Assembly (NCBI RefSeq): GCF_964213995.1
Contig: NC_135830.1
Coordinates: forward strand, 7,068,001-7,132,000
DNA: 64,000 nucleotides
From: Mustelus asterias
Taxonomy: Eukaryota
Direction of reading: 5' to 3'
Part shown: piece after piece, positions 13,461 through 24,960 of the stretch
Position numbering within the stretch: the first letter of the stretch is position 1
Layout: each line of letters opens with the position of its first letter
The notes under the pieces: generated by a model
Databases searched by the model: none
Seen by the model: the letters and a program-made list of their open reading frames with translations, nothing else
What the model was told of the DNA's origin: nothing
Made by a program: the position numbers and the translations under genes

Positions 13461-13629
13461 TATTGAATGAAAATTTAACCATCTCTGGCTTGGCTTAATT
13501 CCGTTTTCCAAAGCGCATCAACTCCGCCTCATATTCCATATTATACGGTTTCCCCTCTTTCCCAGACATAGGTTCCCCCAGTCCTGTGCGGGATGTGTTT
13601 GAACTCAAGGCCGTTCAGTGAAAGAGTCA

Positions 13630-13648
13630 CTGCGCCACCAAGTGGCCA
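13630..13648 (-). promoter_or_regulatory. CTCF-like motif
   Basis: Minus strand TGGCCACTTGGTGGCGCAG closely resembles the CTCF core TGGCCACCAGGGGGCGCTA. Confidence 0.55.
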
Positions 13649-14029
13649 ATCCGTATAAAGACACCTTCATCTCTGCCTTTTTATGATAAAATCCAGAGAC
13701 AGAGCGAGTGAAGAATGAGAAGAACCTCGGTGATTTCACTCATAAACTGGTCTGCCACTGACCGAGTTTCAGGTAATTCTAAAAAGCAAAGGCCGATGCA
13801 GGACAGTGTGTGGCAGAAGATAGTTTCCTTTACACTGCCCCTTAAAAAAGCTATCAGTGTCGCTGCAGCGTGGGTTAACAGTGTGAATCTCTCTATATTT
13901 CGTCCGATGAAATACTTACAAGGCAGACATGCCACAAGCTAGATAGAGAACACATACAGAGCAGAGGTGCAAACCATGAGGTGAAACCAAGAGACTGAGG
14001 TGCATTTCACATAAGCACATAATAGATTA

Positions 14030-14845
14030 CAAATTTCGGAAAGCGGAAATGCCCTCCGTGCCTTTTTCTACCGCGCGGAGGCGTTTCCTGTGCGGGCTGC
14101 TGCTGCACACCTTCCACGACCGCATCCTCGCCTGTCGCCCGGATACACCTTGGCGGGCCTTGTTGCCGCCGGGGGGCCGAGGTCCCCGCTGGAGGTCCCT
14201 CTATGGAGGGATCTCCCCCAATTACGTCGGGGACCTGGGGTGGAGGGTGATGCATGCAGCAGTGCCGCACAACCGTAGGAATCACTGGTTCACGGGCTCC
14301 AAAGCATGCCCTTTCTGTGGCCTGGTGGAGTCCGTGGACCATGTCTATGTTTTGTGTCTTAAGCTGCAACGCCCTTTTTGTTTTGCTAAAGAACCTTTTA
14401 TTGATGTTTTGTTTGCACTTCAGTCCCACGCTCCTGATCTATGGACACCCGCTGCGGAGAGGGGAGGGTCGGGATGGCGACCTCGTCTTGAACGTGCTCC
14501 TCGGCCTGGCGAAACACGCCATTTACCGGTCCAGGCAGCGGGCGATCAAGGGGGCCATCCATCCTGACTGTCTTGCCCTCTACCGCGGCTACGTTCGCGG
14601 CCAGGTGTCCCTGGAGAGGGAGCATGCGGTGTCCACGGGCGTGGTTGACGCCTTCCGCGCCCGTTGGGCATCGCAGGGGTTGGGGTGCGTTATTGACCCT
14701 GACAATCACATTTTAATTTGATGTTTTTAAGTTTCCTTTGTACTTTGATTTCTGTTCGGGCTGTTCCCCCTCCTTTTGGGGAGCTCCCCTTTTACTTTGT
14801 CCTGATTTAATCTGAGTTTGTTTATTTGGTTTGACCTAAAAAGAG
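14030..14845 (+). mobile_element. Tx1/L1-clade LINE 3' fragment (zinc-binding domain), frameshifted
   Basis: GC-rich; WRSLYGG...DLGWRVMH...CPFCGLVESVDHVY zf-RVT-like motif; T-rich 3' UTR. Confidence 0.75.
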
Positions 14846-15239
14846 GGCAACATCTGGGAGGAAATCAATGTTTCCCCCTTTCCATTTCTTTTCTCATTCT
14901 GGGGGAAATTGGGGACTTGCAGCAAGTGAAGGGAATGAAGTGAATTCGGTCTGTATATTTCACACATTTTTACTCCAGTAATGTAGACATTTATCTGTCT
15001 GGCAGCCTGCATGGAGATTTCCAGGTCCTCTGTATCCAGGACAGGAAGCAGTGAGCATGGATCTGTCAATCAGCCTCAATCAGCACCTTCAGGAGAATTG
15101 GGAGGGTGAATATTAGATACAGCAGAGTGAGAATGGAGGGAGAGTGTGTGGGATGGAGATTTACAGCTTTGGGGAATGACAGAGGAAAGAATGTTCCATA
15201 GAAATTAGAATGATAATATGGCGGCCGGTCCCGCCTCCG

Positions 15240-16965
15240 ACTTCGATTTAGCTCGAACTTGCTCTACAGCAGAACCAGTCGTGGTGCCACAGGCCTGGTT
15301 GCTGCTGGTATTTTCCCCTGAGTGGCTATTTCAACACCCCCTCCCCACCACTCCCCGCAACAGTATCCAAAACGGTATACCTCTTTGAGAGGGGAATCGC
15401 CACAGGAGACTCCTGCATTACATGCCTGCCTGACCTGGCAGTCACCCATCTATCTGTCAGGACTTGTTGTTTGACACCTTCTTGAAGCTAGTGTCTGTAG
15501 AGTCATATAGTCATAAAGGTTTACAGCATGGAAACAGGCCCTTCGGCCCAAATTGGCATGCCATCCCTTTTTTTTGAAGCCCTTAAACTAATCCCAATTG
15601 CCCGCATTTGGCCCATATCCATCGTACCCATGTAACTATCTAAATGTTTTTAAAAAGATAACTATCACACCATCCATCGCACTTACTTCCCCCTGTATAC
15701 TCCACCGTCATAGAGTCATAGAGGTTACAGCATGGAAACAGACCCTTTGACCCAACTTGTCCATGTCGCCCTTTTATTAACCACTAAGCTGTTCCCAAAT
15801 GCCCATGTTTGGCCCATATCCCTCCATACTCATTTTATACATGTAGCTGTCCAAAATCTTTTTAGAAGACAAAATTGTATCCGCCTCTCCAACTACCTCT
15901 GGCAGCTTGTCCCATGCATTCACCATCCTCTGTGTGAAAGAATTGCCCTTCTGTACCCTCTTGTAGCTCTCCTCTGTCACCTTAAACTTACCCACTCTCG
16001 TTGTAGACTCCCCGACCTTCTGGAAAAGATGTTGACCATCAAACTGACTATGCCCCTCATTATTTTATAGATCTCCATAAGTTCACCCCTAAGTCTGATA
16101 CCATCCAGGGAAAAATGTCCCTGCATATCCAGTCTCTACTTATAACTCAAACCATCAAGTCCTAGTAGCATCCTAGTAAATATTTTCTGCACTCTTTCTC
16201 GTTTAATAATATCCTTTCTATAATAAGTTGACAAGAACAGTACACAGTCTTCCAACTGTGGCCTTACCAATGTCTTGTGCAACTTGAACAAGACGTCCCA
16301 ACTCCTGTATTCAATGTTCTGAACAATGAAACCAAGCATGCTGAATGCCTTCTTCACCACTCTGTCCACCTGTGACTCCACTTTCAATTAGCTATGATCT
16401 CTTTGTTCTGTAACTCTCCGCAACATCCTCCCATTAAATGATTAAGCCCTGTCCTGGTTCGATCGACCAAAATGGATCACCTTGCATTCATCTGAATAAA
16501 ACTCCATCTTCCATTCATCAGTCCACTGGCCCAATTGACTATGATCCTGTTGCAATCCTTGATAACCATCTTCACTGTCCACTATGCCTCCAATCTTGGT
16601 GTCATCTGCAAACTTATCAACCATGCCACCTAAATTCTCATCCAAATCATTAATATACGTGACAAATAACAGTGGACCCAGCCCTGAGGCACACCGCTGG
16701 TCACAGGCCTCTAGTTTGAAAAACAACCCTCTACAACCACCCTCTGTCTTCTGTCAACAAGCCAATTTTGTATCCATTTAGCGACCTCACCCTGGATCCC
16801 GTGGGAGTGTTTCCAGCTGCTGCTCCAACCGAACCATGCGGTCTGTGAGGAGCTGCAGCTGGTCACACTTCCAGCAGACATAGACGCAGGGACACGAGAA
16901 ATTTCCCTAATCTCCCACATCTGGCAGGAGGAGCATATCATTGTCGTTACTGCCACCTCTGCACT
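15240..16965 (-). mobile_element. Nested, decayed CR1/HER1-like LINE fragments
   Basis: Minus-strand peptides LGPLLFVTYINDLD...KFADDTKIGG, LVRPQLEDCV, FTQRMVNAWDKLP; tagagtca tails. Confidence 0.85.
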
Positions 16966-17303
16966 TGGACACTGAAAAAAAGAAAATAATAAGAATCTTA
17001 CTTGCTTTTGACAAAGAGGGACATTCACAAACTCTGGGTGGCAACACCCAGAGGGGTCGCGGAACGAGATTCTGGGGTCGGGAGCTCCGAGGCAGCGATA
17101 ACTGTGGAGCCTCAACTGAATGTTCACAGCTTTCTGTCACCTTTAGATTCTCGAGATTTATTTTAAACAATGGGCGTGGCCTAAATTGACGACGTTCGGG
17201 TCTGAAATATTTCAGTTCAGCTGAGATCCAGTGTCCCAGAGCAGTCCAGCTCTGCAGTCTCCAGCTCCCCGTCATTTCAACCATCAGCTCCGGCAGCAGA
17301 GCG

Positions 17304-17346
17304 ATGGCAATCCTTCTTGTTTTCACCCTGTGTGTCTGTTTACCCC
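17304..17346 (+). CDS. Leader exon of NAR-TCR V
   Basis: ATG...MAILLVFTLCVCLP + C, gtgagt donor (phase 1), ~150 nt upstream of V exon. Confidence 0.85.
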
Positions 17347-17494
17347 GTGAGTACCGATCAAACTAAAACACATTCTGTTGGATTGAATATAAAGCTGTCC
17401 CAGCCCATCCCAATTACAGACACTTCTGGGGTTTTAGCTCCGTTGTCTGCTTCGGCTCTGCTGGTCCATTAAACCCTTTCTCTTTAATTTCCTG

Positions 17495-17782
17495 GGTCTT
17501 TCAGTCAGTCAGTGACACAGAGCCCGGCAGCGGTGACCAGGAAGGAGTGTCAGTCTCTCACCATCAATTGTGTTTATTACGGTCATAACTGGGGCTACCG
17601 TTTCCAAAATGGATATTTCTTCAGACAAACCCAGACCGGGACAGAGCGGGAGCGGATCTCCAGCGGAGGGAGATTTGTTGTGTCTGTGAATAAAGCAGAA
17701 AAGACATTTTCGCTGGAAATTCGGGATGTGAGAGTTGAAGACACCGCCATCTATTACTGTAAAGCTGATTACTGGTACTACA
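17495..17782 (+). CDS. NAR-TCR variable segment (VNAR-type V)
   Basis: QSVTQSPAAVTRKECQSLTINCVYY...RQTQTGTERERISSGGRFVVSVNKAEKTFSLEIRDVRVEDTAIYYCKADYWYY: VNAR-like CDR2 deletion, extra FR1 Cys; start position inferred, acceptor non-canonical. Confidence 0.9.
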
Positions 17783-17820
17783 CACCGTGATGGGCCTCGG
17801 CTTCCAGCGATACAAAAACT
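17783..17820 (+). other. RSS (22-nt spacer) of NAR-TCR V
   Basis: CACCGTG-22 nt-ACAAAAACT. Confidence 0.9.
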
Positions 17821-18180
17821 CTCCCTTCAGATTCTCACAGAACCAAATGAAAAACCGGAGTTAATCTGCCCTGAACACCGCCCCCCGTCCCGCGCCTCCC
17901 CCCCACCGCCACCCCGACAATTGCACCTCACACTCTCGGTGCCACAGTTTAGTTTTTAACGGGACCTGATTATTATCGTTGACGCTTCGAGTTTTATAAA
18001 CACGGAGTGTGAGTGAATGGTGGTGTCTTTCCTGGGAGTGTTGTCGGTGAATGGAGAATGGGAATTATTGATCCCAGTTACAAACCACAACACCAGATGG
18101 GATCCTGGGCTCACAGCCGGAGCTGGGAGCCACATTCCGCGCGGTTTAATTCATGTTCCAACATCCCACCCATTACCCGA

Positions 18181-18251
18181 TGTTTTGATGCTGAATTATA
18201 ACACTGTGTAACTTTGGGAGAGTCACAGTGGAAGGAAGCTGAGCAAATACC
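18181..18251 (+). other. NAR-TCR D segment (18209-18223, TAACTTTGGGAGAGT) flanked by 12/12 RSS
   Basis: TGTTTTGAT-12-CACTGTG [D] CACAGTG-12-GCAAATACC. Confidence 0.9.
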
Positions 18252-18601
18252 TGTGCACAATTACAGTACAAATTCTCAGGGCCCAGACAGTGAATCATTG
18301 GTTTGACGATATTATCGCTGTAATCTGGATTACTTCTACTGTAATCTCCACCACTTACATCTTTCTTTGATTTTTTTTGCTATATATGAAGTTAATATTT
18401 CCTCCCTGCGGCCATTTACTGAGAGCTTGGGCCTCACAAAGTACAATTTGAACCGACAGAGACGTTGAAACGTTGAATCTTGTTTATTAATTTTAAATCC
18501 CCCGAATAATTGGACACTTCCGAATGACTGCTGATGGTTTCCCGGCAGATTGAGATGTCGATGGTTCTTGTACCGGGGAGACTGAGAGAGGTGCCACTGT
18601 G

Positions 18602-18654
18602 TACTAAACGGAAATATGTGGATGGATCCGGGACGTTGGTGACTGTCACAGCCG
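18602..18654 (+). CDS. NAR-TCR J segment
   Basis: GGTTCTTGT-23-CACTGTG (18563-18601); TKRKYVDGSGTLVTVTA (NAR-type DGxG); gtaagt donor phase 1. Confidence 0.92.
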
Positions 18655-19189
18655 GTAAGTGGCTCCAAACCCCGCCGTGTTACAGACTGTCTCGTTTAAT
18701 GTTCCCCATCACTTTATCATTGTGATCTGTCTCGTTTCAATCCAATCGGATCTTCCAATGGAAAATCATCCGTTACAGATTTCGAGTTGGGAGCAGGATG
18801 TGATTTTGGAGTCGGGTCCAGGTCAGGCCCGGGGAAAGTGTCTGTGAGACCTGATGGAGTCGGCGGTCAGCGGGGCAGGGATAGTGGGGTGAGGCTTGTG
18901 GGTGGGGGTGGTGGTGAGGCGCTGGGTGCGGTTCAGTGTTCTGTGAGAGTTGACAGCATCTGGGCGATTGTTTTAAGAGGCACATCAACATCAAGAACTC
19001 TGACACTCCTGGTATTTTTTTTAACAAACTCAAATTGACAACACTCCAGAATCCACTCTGGATGTGAAATGTGACGGGAGATGCTTGTCTGTCGCTTACA
19101 GCCCGGCAGCGGGGTCTCAGAGCTCTCTCCTGGGCAGGAGATTGCAGTCCCAGCCGTGCAATGTCAATAAGCTACCAGCTGAATGAGAT

Positions 19190-19518
19190 CATAGAATCAT
19201 AGAAACCCTACAAGTGCAGAAGGAGGCCATTCGGCCCATCGAGTCTGCACCGACCACAATGCCACCCAGGCCCTACCCCCACATATTTACCCGCTAATCC
19301 CTCTAACCTACACATCTCAGGGGCAATTTTAACCTGGCCAATCAACCTAACCCACACATCTTTGGACTGTGGGAGGAAACCGGAGCACCCGGAGGAAACC
19401 CACGCAAACACGAGGAGAATGTGCAATCTCCACACAGACAGTGACCCGAGCCGGGAATCGAACCCGGGACCCTGGATCTGTGAAGCAGCAGTGCTAACCA
19501 CTGTGCTACCGTGCCGCC
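19190..19518 (-). mobile_element. HE1-like tRNA-derived SINE, near full length
   Basis: Minus strand begins GGGCGGCACGGTAGCACAGTGGTTAGCACTG (A box), GGTTCGATTCCC (B box); (tagaatca)n tail. Confidence 0.85.
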
Positions 19519-22264
19519 CTGATCGATGTCACTGCGGCCAGTCCATTTAACTGCAGTGACTCACTCAATACCTGACCCGGGAGACAAACAGAAAACTAAA
19601 CCACGGGCTTCAGGTATAAGGGACCTTGTCCGAAGGAATTTTGTAATAAAGAAATCAGTGACTGAAATTAGTGACATTGTACCTGATATTTCTTTAAATA
19701 TCCTCCTTATAAACAATAACTTTTTCTCATTTTCCACCGTTAGTGGTTAGTTCTGGACCACAGGTCTTCAGTAAATTGCTGGGATATTTCCAGAGCCCAT
19801 AGCCTTTGCAGTATCCTGTGCCGTCAGCCGATCCTGAAGTCACCTGGAGAGACTCAAATTGGATGAAAACTGACATCAGTGATGCTGGGGACCTCCGGAG
19901 GAGATTGAGATGGATCATCCACTCGATATCTCTGGATGAGGATTGTTGCCAAGGCTTCAGCTTTATCTTCACCGGATTGACAAATCAGTTATAGGGATGT
20001 CTGGTGTTGCTGCCGGCATTGCCTCCTGCAGTCTTCATTGAACCAGTGTTAATCCCTCGTTTGCTAATGTCAATGCAGGGGAGACGCCGGACCATGAGGT
20101 TACAGATTGTGTTTGGGTGAAAATCTGCTGCTGCTGATGGCCCATAGTGCGTCATGGATGCCTAGTGATGAGTTGCTGGATCTGCTCGAAAACTATCCGA
20201 TTTAGCACGGCGACTGTGCCATACTACACGATGGAGTGAAGCTCAATGTGAAGACAATAATTTGTGTCCACAAGGACTGCATGTGGTCACTCCTACTGAT
20301 ATTTCTCTGGTGATGCATCTGCGGCAGTAAGGTTGCTGAGGCTGAGGTCAAATATGCTTTATTCCCCATTGGTAGTTTCCTCGCTACCTGCCGCAGTCCC
20401 AGTCTGGCAGTTATGTCCAGCTATGTGCGACCGAGCCAGTCGTGGTGATAGATATTGAAGCCCCCTAACCAGTATACGTTATGCATGTTTGACATCCTCA
20501 GTGCTTCATCCAGATGTTGTTCAACATGGAGGAGTGTAGATATATCAGCAGAGGCGCGTGGTAATCAGCAGACCGCTTCCTTGCCCACGTCTGACCTGAT
20601 GTCATGAGACTTCATGCGGTCCAGAGACGGTATTGTGGACTCCCAGGGCAAGTCGCTCCCGACAATATCATGCCACCAGCTCTGCTGAGTCTGTCCTGCC
20701 AATGGGTCAGGACATACCGGATTTGTGATGGTTGTTTGTGGGCGATTGCTGTAATGTATTTGTAGCCCTGATTATTGTTAACTGAAATCACACAGTGCAG
20801 TAAGAGAGGAGGATGATGTGGTAATCGTATCAAGGAGAACAGGAACAATAGGAAACAATTGTGAAGGGAATATTCATTTAGAACAAGCGATAGAGAATTA
20901 ATCGACATGGAGAGAAAGATTGGATTATTTCTGGTGAATACTGAAAATACAAGGATTGAAAACGAGATTTGTGGAGATTCGAACTGAACTGGAATACTAT
21001 GTGAGATTTGATCTCCTTTAGTTTGGAAGGATGTACATACTTCGGAGGGAATTTAACTAATATTCACTAAACAGAGTCTTGGGATAAAATGATTGTCCTT
21101 TGAGAAGTGATTGAAGACCCATTGCCTATTTTCCCTCGACTGATATTAGAGGAGTGAGGAGTGATCTCAGTAGAATTTATTATATTCTCAAAGGACTTGA
21201 AAGGCAAATTCTGGGTGGTAGTTTTTCCAATCAGGGAAGTCTATAATTTGGGGTCACATTTTCAGAATAACGGTTCAGCAATTTGGACTGCGGAGAGGAG
21301 ACATTTCTTCAGTCAAAGCCATTGTGGTGAATCTGCGAATTCCAGACCACAGAGAACCGTGGATAGTTAGTGTTGAACGCATTCAAGGCAGCGTTTGTTA
21401 CATATTTGTACACTAAAATGGTCAGGGCAAATGTGGGCAACACAGGAGATAAGCTGCAACATAACTGAGTGATGGAGCAGCTTGAAATGTGGAACAGGAG
21501 TTTCTATACAATGTACAATTTAGAGAAAACTCTGCCCAGAGAACCCGGGAGAAAATCAGTTAATGAGCAGAAAAAAATGAAATTGTGAGAGATCCAAAAG
21601 AGGCAGTTCCCAGTGAGTAACAGTAAAACCACTGCGGAAACTGAACAGGATGAACGCAACTGACAACTACGAGACTTTGGGACGCGTTCCCACGACTCAG
21701 GAAAACCAAACAGCACAAAGTAAATGAAATGAAAATGACTAGATATCTCAATGTAAAGAGAAGGGGAGAAAAATGATACCAATAGATAGAAAATAAACAA
21801 ATAGATTAGAAAGCAAACATTGACTGCCGGGAGGTGTTAAACTGAAATAAATAAATGACATTTGGCCACCGATGGTCAACATGGTTCGGCCCCATCGGAG
21901 CTGATGAATCGCAATCACTCTGTTGGATCTTGCTGTGCGCTGTGATGTGACGCAGCTGGATTGTTCTTCGGCAATCATCTCCAGAAAAGGATTGCGTCAC
22001 TGATAATAAAAAGTTCCCTTCGATATCTCTCTCAAAAAGGAAAATAGAAACTAAAACCTGACATATATCATAGAATAAGTTAGCGTGGAAGGGCGACATT
22101 CGGGCCCTCGGGTAGATGGTGCCACTTGATAAATGAAATCCAATTCTTCCACGAGCCATGAATTTTCCCCATAAACCTGTTATTTACCTGTTCAGGGATG
22201 TGATCATTGCTCATTCATAATTCATTGTTAAACCAGCTCCTACTGAGCTGACAGTGTATTCATG

Positions 22265-22735
22265 GATTCACAGAATTTACGGCAGAAAGACTTCGATCCA
22301 AACTGATCCATGCCGATCAAAATGCCCATCTAAGCTCAGCCATTCGCCTGCATTTGGCCCATATCTCTCTAAAACTTTCCTACCCATGTATCTGTCCAAA
22401 AGACTTTTAAATGTTGTCAATGTCCCTGCCTCAACCACTTCCTCCGGCAGCTCATTCCACATACGTACCACCCTCTGTGTAAAAAAAAGTTGCTCTGCAG
22501 GTACCTGTTACTTCTTTCCCTATTCCCTCTTCCTCTCGACTCCCAAACCCTGGAAGAAAGACTGAGTTCATTCGCCCTATCCGTGCCTGTCATGATCTTA
22601 TACACTTCTATAAGATCACCCCTCTACCTCCTATGACCAAAGGAAAAAGTCCAAACTCTCCCTATAACTAAGTCCCTTGAGTCCTGGCAACATCCTTGTA
22701 AATCTCTTCTGCACTCCCTCCAGTTTAATAACGTC
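22265..22735 (-). mobile_element. CR1-like LINE 3' fragment
   Basis: VRMWNELPEEVVEAGTLTTFK; GDLIEVYKIM. Confidence 0.8.
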
Positions 22736-22932
22736 GTTACAGATCATTAGAACTTGTGCAAAATAAAATGTCACCTCATTGTACACTGGTTTATAGAGTA
22801 AGTCAATATCGTTCCATTAGAATTAAAATAATAATAACTCCGCATAAAACTGAGCTACTCCTGCGACTGACACAATCTCCGACTAAAAAATGGCAAAAAC
22901 TAAACAAAACTCTTTTTTTTCTAATCCTGCAG

Positions 22933-23238
22933 ATTCCTCTTCCCTGGTATCCAAGAATCCGCCTCTACAAATCTCTGCTGTCGATGACACGGTTGCTTTA
23001 AGCTGTGAATATTCAGGGTTCTGTCAGTACACAGTACACTGGTACAGCCAGCCCCCAGGGCAGGCTCTGAAATACTTGCTGCAGAAACACACTTCAGGAG
23101 GGGGCAATAAAGAAAACGCTGCCGGGGAGAGAATTTCTGCTTCTATCGATTCTGTCCAGAAAATCAGCCGGTTAAAGATCTCCAAACTGCAACTCAGCGA
23201 CTCGGCTGTCTATTACTGTGGACTGAGTCGGCACATAG
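22933..23238 (+). CDS. TRDV: Leaderless NAR-TCR-supporting TCR delta V segment
   Basis: cctgcag acceptor in phase with NAR J donor; DSSSLVSKNPP...LSCEYSGFCQYTVHWYSQPPGQALKYLL...SDSAVYYCGLSRHI; extra CDR1 Cys; no leader seen upstream. Confidence 0.92.
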
Positions 23239-23399
23239 CACAGTGATGCAGAACACGGAGAGAGCTGTACAAAAACCTAAACATGGTGAGGATTACAGAC
23301 ACAGTGATACAGAACACGGAGAGAGCTGCACAAAAACCTGAACATGGTGAGGATTACAGACGCAGTGATACAGAACACGGAGAGAGATGTGCTGAAAAC
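23239..23399 (+). repeat. Three tandem 23-RSS copies (61-bp period)
   Basis: CACAGTG-23-ACAAAAACC at 23239 and 23300; degenerate CGCAGTG-23-GCTGAAAAC at 23361. Confidence 0.95.
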
Positions 23400-23825
23400 T
23401 TAGTCCTACTCCTTGTCCAACAGGTTCAAGATTCTTGCTCCTGCTGTTGACGAGGGCGAGGACTGTAGGACAGATGAGCGAAGTGGCCACAGTACCGTGG
23501 GCCAGGGAGCCATTCAAGTGGGGTAGAAAGGAGGAATCTAGTCGTAATCGGCGATCGTATAGTTAGGGGCATAGACAATGTTCTCTGTGACCAGGAGCGA
23601 TAGTCCTGTAGATTGTGTTGCCCCCTGGTGCCAGGTTTCGGGTCACCTCCTCTGGACTGCAGAGAAATTCGGAATGGGAGGGGGAAAATCCAGTTGTCAT
23701 TTTTGACGTATGTACGAATGACACAGGCAGAACAAGGATGCACATTCTGCTAAGGGAAGATGAATAGCCAGGTTCTAAACTCAAAATCATAACCAAAAAG
23801 GTAATAATCTCTGGATTAATATCTG

Positions 23826-23985
23826 AGTAAGAAGTTTAACAACACCAGGTTAAAGTCCAACAGGTTTATTTGGTAGCAAAAGCCAGACCAGGCTTTTGCT
23901 ACCAAATAAACCTGTTGGACTTTAACCTGGTGTTGTTAAACTTCTTACTGTGTTTACCCCAGTCCAACGCCGGCATCTCCACATC
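23826..23985. mobile_element. Short Penelope-derived inverted-repeat insert
   Basis: ~60-bp perfect inverted arms around AGACCA; flanking direct repeat ATTAATATCTGAG; same family as 54042-54513. Confidence 0.75.
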
Positions 23986-24048
23986 ATTAATATCTGAGCC
24001 ATGAGCTAACTGGGACACGATTAATGAGATTAAAGAGGTAAACGTGTG

Positions 24049-24960
24049 TGTAAGGGGAAAAATTCTAATAGGTTAGTAAAGATTTTTAGACATTTAAAAA
24101 TGAGGACACTGACAGAACTGACAGCATTAAGTTAAATGACTTTGAAACAGATTTATAAAGTAACACGAAAGCAGTTTGCACACATATGAAATGCAGTAAG
24201 AGATTAAACAAGTGATTATGATTTAAAGATTTGAATGTATTAATATATTTTTAAGAATCATTGTTCACTTTAGCCAAAGGCAGTATGCTGCGAAGCATTA
24301 TGGTAAAGGGTATTAGGGCAGAGCTATATTCTAAAAAAATATTAAAGCCTTGAGAATATGCAAGTTTCATCAGTAGAGCTTCTAATGGAAAGAACATTCA
24401 GAACACTTAAACAAATTTTATGAATAGGGTATATTCACTGTCCAGATAAAATGGATGCATGCCCAAACGTGGAGTCAAGTGTTAATCTGGTTTGGCAGTG
24501 ACCTGTAGAGGAACTCATTGGAACGTGCCCTTTGAACTTTGGGGCTGGTGTCTGGTTACTATGGGATACAGAAATCTGGGTTAGCCAAGGTAGGAGTTTG
24601 CAATTCTAAGGACGAAGGAACTGCCATTTTGCCAGAAGGTAAGATGTGATTGGCAAAGGTATCTAACATAAATTATTGCTGGTTTAAGTATATTGAAGAT
24701 GATTGATTTAAAGCTCATGAAAGGCGGGAGTAATCAATAAGGAAAACTATAATTGGCCTGATTTGAATTGCATACGTCAGATTTCATTGGAGAGGACTAG
24801 ATGCTCTATATCAGAGCCGCCCTGACCCTTTATTTATTTCTCTTGGTGGCCGCTGGTCAAAATAAAGGTTACGTCTTTAAACTGAGACACTGGCTTCGTC
24901 GGTCCTGTATTGTCTGAGATTTACTGACGGTATCTGACCACCTCGAAAAACCAACCAACA
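24049..24960 (+). mobile_element. Solo LTR
   Basis: TG...CA termini, GTGTG target-site duplication (24044-24048, 24961-24965), AATAAA near 24861; interrupts the CR1 remnant. Confidence 0.75.

Noticed and set aside
19430-19518. tRNA gene (A/B boxes)
   Set aside because: tRNA-derived SINE head followed by SINE body and LINE-like tail; multiple copies in the window
23239-23399. CRISPR-like array
   Set aside because: Vertebrate DNA; whole 61-bp units repeat with no unique spacers and are RSS copies
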